Positions 1 to 6,685 of a DNA stretch of 35,805 bases are shown here, piece by piece (the stretch's first letter is position 1; every line of letters begins with the position of its first letter). The notes beneath the pieces are model-generated. The model was not told the origin of the DNA. It ran no database searches and worked only from the letters and a program-made list of their open reading frames with translations. This stretch comes from a virus, in IMG/VR virus record IMGVR_UViG_3300045988_027647, positions 1 to 35,805 of that record. One strand, written 5' to 3'. The position numbers and the translations under genes were made by a program.

Positions 1-329
1 TCTTCTACTGGTGCTGGCTCTTCTGCTGGTGCTGGCTCTTCTGCTGGTGCTGGCTTTGCGGCACGTTTAGCACGTGTCTTAGCGCGTTCTGATTCTACGA
101 TCTCGGCCACTGTTTTAGGCTTCTCTTCGTCCTTCACCTTTGTTGCTTCTACAACTGCGTCCGCCAACTTGTCGAGGTCGGTTTTTGCGTCGGCCGGGCT
201 TTCCAATTTTGACGATTTGAAACCAATGGTTTCGCGGGCTGCTGTTCCTGCCAGCTCGCGCAAATAGTTAGACGTTGCCAACAAATCCTTTGCACTCTCA
301 TTTCCAATTAATTCAATTGTTACTGTCAT
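1..329 (-). CDS. N-terminal part of a gene that wraps the circular junction: PAPAEE-repeat hypothetical protein (continues at 35477..35750; 200 aa in total when circularised)
   Basis: ATG at 329 overlaps the stop of the upstream ORF (TGA at 326-328). The frame stays open to position 1 and is in frame with the ORF ending at TAA 35477-35479 once the 55-nt end overlap is removed (274+329 = 603 nt). The translation ends in PAPAEE/PAPVEE hexapeptide repeats. Confidence 0.6.
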   Translation of the reverse strand, partial: MTVTIELIGNESAKDLLATSNYLRELAGTAARETIGFKSSKLESPADAKTDLDKLADAVVEATKVKDEEKPKTVAEIVESERAKTRAKRAAKPAPAEEPAPAEEPAPVE

Positions 330-505
330 TTCTTCTTAAAATTAAAAATTGTTTCTAATAGCTCATTTTTGTTCACTCTGATTTTGCCCGTCCCATTCTC
401 GTACCGGGTGAGTTTTCCGGCATTGAGCTGGTAGCGTATTGCGTTTTCGGTGCACTCCGCTAACCGGGCGGCTTCCGCCACTGTGATAAGTTCTACTTTT
501 TCCAT
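326..505 (-). CDS. Small helix-turn-helix DNA-binding protein, 59 aa (excisionase/MerR-like HTH)
   Basis: Hand translation gives MEKVELITVAEAARLAECTENAIRYQLNAGKLTRYENGTGKIRVNKNELLETIFNFKKK. The pattern (h)TvxEAAxxLgvsxxxIxxxxxxGkL...g.(i)R(v) is typical of HTH_17-type domains. It is below the ORF-track length cutoff and overlaps both neighbouring genes. Confidence 0.6.
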   Translation of the reverse strand: MEKVELITVAEAARLAECTENAIRYQLNAGKLTRYENGTGKIRVNKNELLETIFNFKKK

Positions 506-822
506 TTCATCTTTTCGTTAAATTTAAAACTCAATTTGTCAGACGTTCGATAAGTTTGTACGTGATCGGAGTATGCGGCGCGCCGGGCCTGCTCGAAAAT
601 AGTTTCGTAGCGTTTGGCGTGTGGAATTATGAAGCCCCGGATTTTATATTTAAACTTTTTTCCGGCTTCTTCTTCTCGTTGCAAATCGGCGAACACCATT
701 TTCGAGTTGCCCGGATAGCCATATAGCATTGTAGCCTCGCCTATCGTTTTGCACGCTGTAATCCTCTCCCGTATAATCTTGTAAAAGAACGCTTCTAACT
801 TATAAATGTCTATTGCTGCCAT
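493..822 (-). CDS. Hypothetical early protein, 109 aa (first gene after the early promoter)
   Basis: ORF track. It lies on the same strand as all other genes and its 3' end overlaps the next gene's start by 13 nt. No motif recognised. Confidence 0.55.
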   Translation of the reverse strand: MAAIDIYKLEAFFYKIIRERITACKTIGEATMLYGYPGNSKMVFADLQREEEAGKKFKYKIRGFIIPHAKRYETIFEQARRAAYSDHVQTYRTSDKLSFKFNEKMKWKK

Positions 823-1036
823 ATCTAGTAATGTTTAAAACGATTCTCCGGTATCGGAATAGTTCAACAAATTTAGTAGGCTTTTCAGTTGTTTTATCGA
901 TTGGGATTCTGGCTTTATAACTTCAATTAAGCGGATACCGCACCGTCTTTTCAAATGAATTGGGATACCGTCCGTGTTTCCCTTCTAACGCCCTTTGGTT
1001 ACGATTGGCGGCGCTCTCATTTCTCTTTCGATATTA

Positions 1037-1066
1037 CAAAGATACGGCTTTATTTTGAACTACAAA
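1037..1066 (-). promoter_or_regulatory. Bacteroidota-type promoter for the early operon (-33 TTTG, -7 TATCTTTG)
   Basis: The minus strand reads TTTG (1066-1063), then 18 nt, then TATCTTTG (1044-1037). The extended sequence is about 85 percent identical to the promoter at 28952-28999. It is intergenic, about 200 nt upstream of the ATG at 822. Confidence 0.6.
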
Positions 1067-1211
1067 ACTATTTCCCAAAAAACTTTAGTAATTTAACTCC
1101 AATTAACGGTTTTGAAGGTTTGGTAACAGTGTCAATGATGAATGGCCCTTTTTCAATGCATCTTTCCACCCTTAACTGCGTGCGTATCAGTTAGTTAAGT
1201 GGCAAAAACGG

Positions 1212-1447
1212 GTAAAGTGGAAAGATGGAAACATGTTTTCCTATTAGTTTATATTTAAATATTTCTATAAATTCATTCACATATTAATTCATATATTTAC
1301 ATATTTTATAGATATACTACTATTTCATTCTTATCTCTATATAACATCTTTCCATCTTTGACAAATGATATATATTGATAGATAAAGTACTAGTTATTAG
1401 TGAGTTAAGTGTCAAAGATACAAATTTTAATCTTTGACAAGCAAAAA
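1212..1447. repeat. Intergenic module copy A (homologous to 21295-21534): inverted AAAGATGGAAAG arms, AT-rich core, palindromic box
   Basis: By-eye alignment with 21295-21534. The left block of about 36 nt and the right block of about 100 nt are conserved. The core of about 100 nt is of similar length but unrelated AT-rich sequence. Confidence 0.8.
1411..1445 (-). promoter_or_regulatory. Promoter-like element overlapped by the perfect palindrome GTCAAAGAT-N10-ATCTTTGAC
   Basis: Minus strand: TTTG (1445-1442), 21 nt, TATCTTTG (1420-1413). The 9-bp inverted arms lie at 1411-1419 and 1430-1438. The same arrangement occurs at 21499-21533. Confidence 0.45.
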
Positions 1448-1475
1448 CGCCAACTCGTTATGAATCAGCGTTTTA
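1441..1475 (-). terminator. Candidate Rho-independent terminator ending the late operon
   Basis: The minus-strand RNA reads AAAACGC-17 nt loop-GCGUUUU followed by U. It lies about 50 nt downstream of the stop of the last late gene (1525). The stem is AU-rich and the loop long, so this is a weak call. Confidence 0.4.
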
Positions 1476-1524
1476 AGTTTTCAAGCGTCAAAGATGAAAG
1501 GTTGTTTGTGAAAGATGAAAGGCG

Positions 1525-2112
1525 TTATTTGCCGAATTCCGCCGAGAATTCTACGTGTATTTTAGATTTTGGATTTTTATTCGATACGGTTATAGTTTGT
1601 TTCGGTTTTCCGATCCGAAAGAATAAAAACCTCTTTTGTTTGACTGATCCGATCACGTCGATCGTGTCAACACTGCTAGATTTTATAATTGCTGTGTCCG
1701 GTCGGGCTTCGACTTGTATATCATTCCATCCGTCGAAATAGTGCGCAAATCGGTTTTCTTTGTTCCCGTCCCGGTATTCTGTCTTAACCACGGTGTCCAC
1801 CTTGGTAACTGTCTCGGCCCTTGTAGCGTTCTTTAGCTCCCGTATCTTTATTCCCGCCTCGCGTACCTTATTATATAGATCGGCGTTATACAGTTCTAGC
1901 TCGTCCTTCTCTAGTTTTAACTGCCTAGCCTGTTCCGCATAATCGCCCGCCGTAGTTTTGAACGCTACGGCCTCGGTGTTAAGCGCGGTGATGTTGTTTC
2001 CCTGCCGTTCTAGCTCTTTATGCTGCCTTTTTATAGTCTTATACGACGCGTACAATAAAATGGCTAGAAGGACCGCTAAACACACCAATATCTTATTTAA
2101 TGTTATTTTCAT
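1525..2112 (-). CDS. Spanin-like / lysis accessory protein (N-terminal TM anchor plus coiled coil), 195 aa
   Basis: N-terminal hydrophobic segment ILVCLAVLLAILLYA, followed by a charged coiled-coil-like region. It sits immediately after the endolysin with an ATGA-type overlap. The function is inferred from position only. Confidence 0.45.
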   Translation of the reverse strand: MKITLNKILVCLAVLLAILLYASYKTIKRQHKELERQGNNITALNTEAVAFKTTAGDYAEQARQLKLEKDELELYNADLYNKVREAGIKIRELKNATRAETVTKVDTVVKTEYRDGNKENRFAHYFDGWNDIQVEARPDTAIIKSSSVDTIDVIGSVKQKRFLFFRIGKPKQTITVSNKNPKSKIHVEFSAEFGK

Positions 2113-2507
2113 AGGTGAAGTATTTGGCGTTTCACATTGTTCTTATCGTATGAGATATGCACCCATGAAAAATTCTTCTCGTCGATAAGCTGGCAAAACG
2201 GTAAATTGAGTTTTTGCGCCAGTTCGAAGAGTTTCTTATTCTCCTGTTTGCTACCTCCCGTTATGTCCGCCGCTTGTCCCTTCATGTGCTGCGACGTTTT
2301 AGAGCCTTTCACCGCCGTGTTAAGGGCGGGCGATCTATATCCACTATTAACTCGGATCGGTTTGCCGTACGCGTCCCGTAGAGGGTCTAGCACGTTATCA
2401 ACTAACAGTTTCAGATTCTCCACCGCTTCCGGGGTCGGATCGTTGTTGATCTTCTTCGCCGCCGCCGTCGTTGACGCGGTTAGCTCTTGGATTGTGAAGT
2501 TTCGCAT
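2109..2507 (-). CDS. Endolysin, peptidase M15 (VanY / D-Ala-D-Ala carboxypeptidase-like zinc peptidase), 132 aa
   Basis: The SGYRSPALNTAVKGSKTSQHMKGQAADI motif (SxHxxGxAxD zinc site) plus a later WVHISY histidine. It lies next to the holin-like gene. Confidence 0.85.
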   Translation of the reverse strand: MRNFTIQELTASTTAAAKKINNDPTPEAVENLKLLVDNVLDPLRDAYGKPIRVNSGYRSPALNTAVKGSKTSQHMKGQAADITGGSKQENKKLFELAQKLNLPFCQLIDEKNFSWVHISYDKNNVKRQILHL

Positions 2508-2925
2508 TTTTCAAATGTTTTATAAAGTCCAAATATTTAGTATTAATCAGTATATCCAGTACCGCTATAAATTCGTTATCCGGCTGAATCTTCTTAAAGT
2601 TACGGATAATATTCTTAGAATACACCAGCGCGAAAAGCGTTGTAAGTAATCGTAATAAGTCCGTATAATTCCCCTCCGGCTCTATAAGCCGCGCGGCTGC
2701 TGCTGTGAATAGAATCACGATCGCCGCGATCGCGTACTCGAAAAAGACGTGGAAAGCCTTTTTATGACTGTATTTTTCACCAGCCTGTAAGCCTGCAATA
2801 AGTCCTACTATAAAATTTAATGTGCCGAATAAGATTATCAGGACAAAGAATGTCATCACATCGTTAGTAACTGTTAGCAGGAAAGCTAAAGACGCGACAC
2901 GCGCCGTATCAAAAACCCCATCCAT
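2398..2925 (-). CDS. Holin-like membrane protein (3-4 TM segments)
   Basis: Hydrophobic segments VASLAFLLTV..., FFVLIILFGTLNFIVGLIAGL and FEYAIAAIVILFTAAAA, with a GLxxGxxYSxKK motif resembling the phage_holin_4 family. The start is placed at ATG 2925 (a TAATG overlap with the upstream stop) rather than the track start at 2967. The 3' end overlaps the endolysin by 110 nt. Confidence 0.6.
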   Translation of the reverse strand: MDGVFDTARVASLAFLLTVTNDVMTFFVLIILFGTLNFIVGLIAGLQAGEKYSHKKAFHVFFEYAIAAIVILFTAAAARLIEPEGNYTDLLRLLTTLFALVYSKNIIRNFKKIQPDNEFIAVLDILINTKYLDFIKHLKNAKLHNPRANRVNDGGGEEDQQRSDPGSGGESETVS

Positions 2926-3362
2926 TATTTTATCAAACATATCCGTGATTGTACCCTGTGTGAACATTCCTCCTCAATCAGTTTAGCGTCTTTTAACGCC
3001 TTGATTAACGGGACTATAAATAAATCGGCTTTTCCGCGTTCTGCCTCAAACCGCTTTGATTTGTTGTCGTCAGCCAGAACGTAGCTGCCACCATAGTTTT
3101 GTATTTTTAGGCCGCTCGCCGTGCTCTGCTGCTCGCTTGTCTGCAAGTAGCGCGCAAAGGCGTAGTAGCACAATACCTTATTAGCTCCTGTACGCGCCGG
3201 CGTATCAACCAGGTATTCCGGCGGTATCTCTTCATACGATCGGTGAAGTTGTGGCGACATGTCGAGCATGTCAGCCTCGTAAAATGCCTTCTCAATGTCG
3301 CTATCTTTAACGTCTTTCGCGATCGTAAACAAATCTCGTAGTAATTGAATCGGGTATGCCAT
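2925..3362 (-). CDS. Hypothetical virion-module protein, 145 aa
   Basis: ORF track. It abuts the portal-candidate stop (3364). No motif recognised. Confidence 0.55.
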   Translation of the reverse strand: MAYPIQLLRDLFTIAKDVKDSDIEKAFYEADMLDMSPQLHRSYEEIPPEYLVDTPARTGANKVLCYYAFARYLQTSEQQSTASGLKIQNYGGSYVLADDNKSKRFEAERGKADLFIVPLIKALKDAKLIEEECSHRVQSRICLIK

Positions 3363-3363
3363 A

Positions 3364-4512
3364 TCAATCTGTTATTACTTGGTCGGCGGGTGTAGCCACA
3401 TTGCCTTCCAAATCGTTTTTAATCTTAGTTAGTTCCGGGTCTATGTCGAATATATACGCCAGGTCGCGGGAAATCTTATCACGGACACGCGCCAATGAAC
3501 GGCGGTAAACGCGTTGCATCTCCTTAACCACTTCGCCCGACGCGTTCGAGAAGCTAATCAATGATGAATCAATAAGCGGGATTGGAATGGTAAAGCAAGA
3601 AATTGCAATATCTTTTCGCAACGGCTCGCAATATGATTTGTACAGATCGGAATCAATGGGCGTACCAATTTGATCCACCCGAATAAAGGGCTTCTCTGTA
3701 ATACCTACATTCTCGTCTCTTACTGTGAGAACCGCTCCAGTTCCCTCTACTCCCATCATTTCGGTAATAGCATCCCGGAATTCGTTTTGCTCTTGATCGC
3801 TTTGAAACATTCCGTGTGATACGACGCTACAGGCGTGGAATCCACGTGCCAGTACGTTCTCGACATACAAGGCATTCCCGTGCTCGGCTCCCATTTCCGG
3901 CTGTACCGCGTGAAACGGACTGATCGGATAAGGGCGACGGTTTGAAAAATTAGCGTAATAAAGTTGTCCCGGGTGGTTTTCAATACCTCCGTACTCTTCG
4001 CACTCCTTCCAAAAGTTTTTTGGGTTGAAGTTCGGATAAACAACGCCCGTTTTAACGTTCGTGTCCTTTAGTTGTTCCCTCTCCCAGTTATCGAATACGC
4101 GCCATTTCCGTACGATCGAATCACGTTTGTAGTCCTCGTTAAGAACGGCACGAACGTAACCGAACGGCACGGGATAACAGTACAAAGGGCGACCATCGCC
4201 GCCGTATTGTACTATTAACGCATATCCCCTATATCTTGGTATCTCGTCGGCCACGAACTCTAAAACGTCGTTCATGTCCTGACCGTGCTCGTTGGTTCTC
4301 GCCGCAAATTCTTCGTTAACGAACCCTTCGCAAATTATATTTTCTTTCGCTTTGTCACAACACGCCGTAGCGGTCTTACTAGCGTCGATGAGATTTGCGA
4401 TACGTTGCGGGTATAAGTTATCTACGTCGTAACTAACCACCCCTTCAGAAGTACGGGGCACTAAATTCAGTGCCCTACGTACTATTAACTCTATTTTCTT
4501 TGCTGCGATCAT
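3364..4512 (-). CDS. Portal protein candidate, 382 aa
   Basis: Its size, its position in the head module and its general sequence character resemble small portal proteins by eye. This is not verified by any search. Confidence 0.5.
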   Translation of the reverse strand: MIAAKKIELIVRRALNLVPRTSEGVVSYDVDNLYPQRIANLIDASKTATACCDKAKENIICEGFVNEEFAARTNEHGQDMNDVLEFVADEIPRYRGYALIVQYGGDGRPLYCYPVPFGYVRAVLNEDYKRDSIVRKWRVFDNWEREQLKDTNVKTGVVYPNFNPKNFWKECEEYGGIENHPGQLYYANFSNRRPYPISPFHAVQPEMGAEHGNALYVENVLARGFHACSVVSHGMFQSDQEQNEFRDAITEMMGVEGTGAVLTVRDENVGITEKPFIRVDQIGTPIDSDLYKSYCEPLRKDIAISCFTIPIPLIDSSLISFSNASGEVVKEMQRVYRRSLARVRDKISRDLAYIFDIDPELTKIKNDLEGNVATPADQVITD

Positions 4513-4529
4513 TGATTTACATTTTTATA

Positions 4530-5009
4530 TTATTCTTCGAACTCTTTCAGACCCTCGGCGGCTTCTGCTTCTGCTTTTTTAGCTGCTCTAGTAGCCGCTG
4601 CCTTTTTAGCCGCTTCGCTGCGTTTTGCCGCGGCGATCTCTTCTTCTGTCAGCTCCGGCTCTTCTGCTGCCATTACTTGAACGGCGTCTGTTTCCGGTTC
4701 ACCTTCTACAGGCGCTTCCGGTTCTGCTTGCAGGTCTATAAAATAGTCCTTGTATTCCTCGGCGGCTTCCATGAACTCCATGGCCTTCTCGTCGCTTGTG
4801 TTAAATGCGCGGTACACTCTTCCATCCTCGATCGAGTTGATGAATAGTCCCGGCTTCATCACGTAGCGGGTGTGTACACCAGTCAAATAACGCTCTTCAT
4901 ACCAGCGTTGTGCAAACAGGCGATCCGCACCGCACACAATATCCAATTTTAGGTTAGTCATTGTTTGGCACAATGAAACGATCTGCCCTATATCTGTAAT
5001 TTTTTCCAT
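4530..5009 (-). CDS. Hypothetical protein with an acidic/Ala-rich low-complexity C-terminus, 159 aa
   Basis: ORF track. The C-terminus reads AAEEPELTEEEIAAAKRSEAAKKAAATRAAKKAEAEAAE. Confidence 0.55.
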   Translation of the reverse strand: MEKITDIGQIVSLCQTMTNLKLDIVCGADRLFAQRWYEERYLTGVHTRYVMKPGLFINSIEDGRVYRAFNTSDEKAMEFMEAAEEYKDYFIDLQAEPEAPVEGEPETDAVQVMAAEEPELTEEEIAAAKRSEAAKKAAATRAAKKAEAEAAEGLKEFEE

Positions 5010-5031
5010 CTTTTAAACTGTTTTTAATTTA

Positions 5032-5583
5032 TTAAACTTTCGGTATTTTTAGACCGTCGTACATCCCTTTGGGTATGACAATAAGCATATCACCCGTTGA
5101 CGCTTCCGGCGTTTTAAGTGTTACCGTTGAAATACCGCCAGTGCTTGAATCGGTTGCAAGGTCCGAAGCTTCCAAACCGCAAAATGCGCCTGCTAAAAAA
5201 TAAGTATTAGCTTTAGATTTAAGAGCCACCCGGAAATTCCCTCCTAAAAGTTGCTGTATTATTTCACGATAGCCTGTTAAATCATCTATTGACCTTAAAA
5301 TTTTTAGAATAACGCTCTGATCTTCCGCTGCGGGTACTGTATCGTTTACTTTAATTGCATCTTGATACATCACGGAGTTATTAACAGAATTTATTACGTA
5401 CCCTTTTTTTCCTGTTTGCATTACGATAGTCCCTGCGTTATGATTTCCTGAATCCGCCGAAATGCTTGCTATATCGTTAGAGTTGATAATAACAGCTTCA
5501 TCTATCTCCCCGATTCCACCGGTTAACCCTAAATTGTAGCAATCATACGATATATCTGTATTTAATTTTTTAATACATGCCAT
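5032..5583 (-). CDS. Structural paralog 3 of 3 (MACIKKLN... family), 183 aa
   Basis: It shares the N-terminal M(A/G)C(I/L)xxLN motif and the C-terminal GG(F/I)(T/S)TVT(L/I)KTPE motif with 5600-6130 and 6132-6668. It is preceded by the only clear intergenic SD-like AAGGGAGGA sequence. Confidence 0.7.
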   Translation of the reverse strand: MACIKKLNTDISYDCYNLGLTGGIGEIDEAVIINSNDIASISADSGNHNAGTIVMQTGKKGYVINSVNNSVMYQDAIKVNDTVPAAEDQSVILKILRSIDDLTGYREIIQQLLGGNFRVALKSKANTYFLAGAFCGLEASDLATDSSTGGISTVTLKTPEASTGDMLIVIPKGMYDGLKIPKV

Positions 5584-5599
5584 ATAATATCCTCCCTTA

Positions 5600-6130
5600 T
5601 TATTCTGTTACGATCGCCGCGGCTCTCAATGTGTTATAATTATCTCCCCAGTAACTTAACCTCGCTTCTCCAATAACGCTTTCCGGTGTCGATACAGTAA
5701 TGGTTGTAAAACCCCCGTTCGCGTTCAGATCCTCCGAAATAGCGGTCGCACTCAAACCATAGTTATACCCGTATGCCCGAATTCTTCCTGCCTTAGTTTT
5801 AACAAGCGCTAGGAACGTACCGTTTAAAATCTGATTCACAATCGCAGTTCCGCTTACGCCGCCCTGATACAATGTGAACGTAACCGCCTGCGTTAATGCC
5901 GTCGGCGCGTTGTCGTTCTCCTTGATCTCTTCCGTAGCGTTTACACCCTTCTTGTTACTCTCAACCAGCACGGCTTTAGCGTTAGCGGCTAGCGTTATAG
6001 TGGCAATACCATCCGCTACGCTCTTTGTAGCAATATCCGCGAAATTGACAAGAAGCATTTCGGCTACGCCTGTTGCCCCTCCGTCGCAATCAACTAAGAT
6101 CGCCTTATTTAATTTATTTAAGCATCCCAT
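5600..6130 (-). CDS. Structural paralog 2 of 3 (MGCLNKLN...), about 176 aa
   Basis: The start is moved to ATG 6130, one nt after the TAA stop of paralog 1, so that the N-terminus aligns with the paralogs. The track start at 6205 would overlap paralog 1. Confidence 0.7.
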   Translation of the reverse strand: MGCLNKLNKAILVDCDGGATGVAEMLLVNFADIATKSVADGIATITLAANAKAVLVESNKKGVNATEEIKENDNAPTALTQAVTFTLYQGGVSGTAIVNQILNGTFLALVKTKAGRIRAYGYNYGLSATAISEDLNANGGFTTITVSTPESVIGEARLSYWGDNYNTLRAAAIVTE

Positions 6131-6131
6131 A

Positions 6132-6668
6132 TTATACAAGTTTTGCGGCTGTGATCGTTGTCCACGTTGCCGAAGCGATTGTTGTTCTATTTTCTCCCCT
6201 AGCATCGTCCGGTGTTTTAATAGTTACCGTAGTAAAACCCCCCGCCGCGTTAGAATCCGTATCAGCTTGTGAAATTTCAAGCCCACATTTGTAACCAACC
6301 AATAAAGGCGCGGCATTAATATCGTTTAGCTTCACGGCTGCCATGAAGCGCCCCGATAAAAGAGCTGCCATAATTAGGTTAGCGTTCGCTGTAGTCTTAT
6401 CATATAAGGTAAACATGATAGACTGATCCAAACCTGCTGAAACGTCTGATAACTTCAACGCTTCCGTCAACTTCGCACCATTTTTGTACGCCTCAACCGG
6501 AATAGTTTTTGCCCCCGATTTAAGCGACAACGCGGTAATTTGATTACTAGCGTCTACGGTTGCGGCGGTTACGTCGTCAAAGTTAATAAGATACATTTCA
6601 GCGATACCTACGCTACCGGGTTGGCAGGCGTAGGTAATTGCTTTATTTAATGTCTTTATACAAGCCAT
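6132..6668 (-). CDS. Structural paralog 1 of 3 (MACIKTLN...), 178 aa
   Basis: ORF track. It lies directly downstream of the major capsid gene and is paralogous to the two following genes. Confidence 0.7.
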   Translation of the reverse strand: MACIKTLNKAITYACQPGSVGIAEMYLINFDDVTAATVDASNQITALSLKSGAKTIPVEAYKNGAKLTEALKLSDVSAGLDQSIMFTLYDKTTANANLIMAALLSGRFMAAVKLNDINAAPLLVGYKCGLEISQADTDSNAAGGFTTVTIKTPDDARGENRTTIASATWTTITAAKLV

Positions 6669-6685
6669 CTATTTTTGTTTTTAGA

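Noticed and set aside
1-55. The 55-nt terminal identity interpreted as a biological direct terminal repeat.
   Set aside because: The length equals a common assembler k-mer. The overlap lies inside an 18-bp coding tandem repeat, and a gene reads in frame through it. That is most simply a circularisation artefact. True termini cannot be inferred without reads.
326-505. The excisionase-like HTH protein as evidence for a temperate lifestyle.
   Set aside because: There is no integrase, attP-like site, CI/Cro-type divergent switch or partition system anywhere in the closed genome. HTH_17-type domains are common generic DNA binders.
955-1194. Plus-strand ORFs in the track (for example 955-1194, 1409-1741, 2137-2649, 4470-4847, 5874-6272, 20791-21273, 23339-23776, 33133-33504 and many more).
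   Set aside because: Each lies antisense to a longer minus-strand gene with recognisable motifs, or spans promoter/repeat DNA as 955-1194 and 1409-1741 do. None has a promoter motif, coupling to a neighbour, or a recognisable domain. They are typical shadow ORFs.
1525-2112. An embedded o-spanin (Rz1-like lipoprotein) gene inside the spanin-like gene.
   Set aside because: I translated from the ATGs in the two alternative minus-strand frames (at 1940, 1729 and 1724). All terminate within 2-13 codons, and none has a lipobox.
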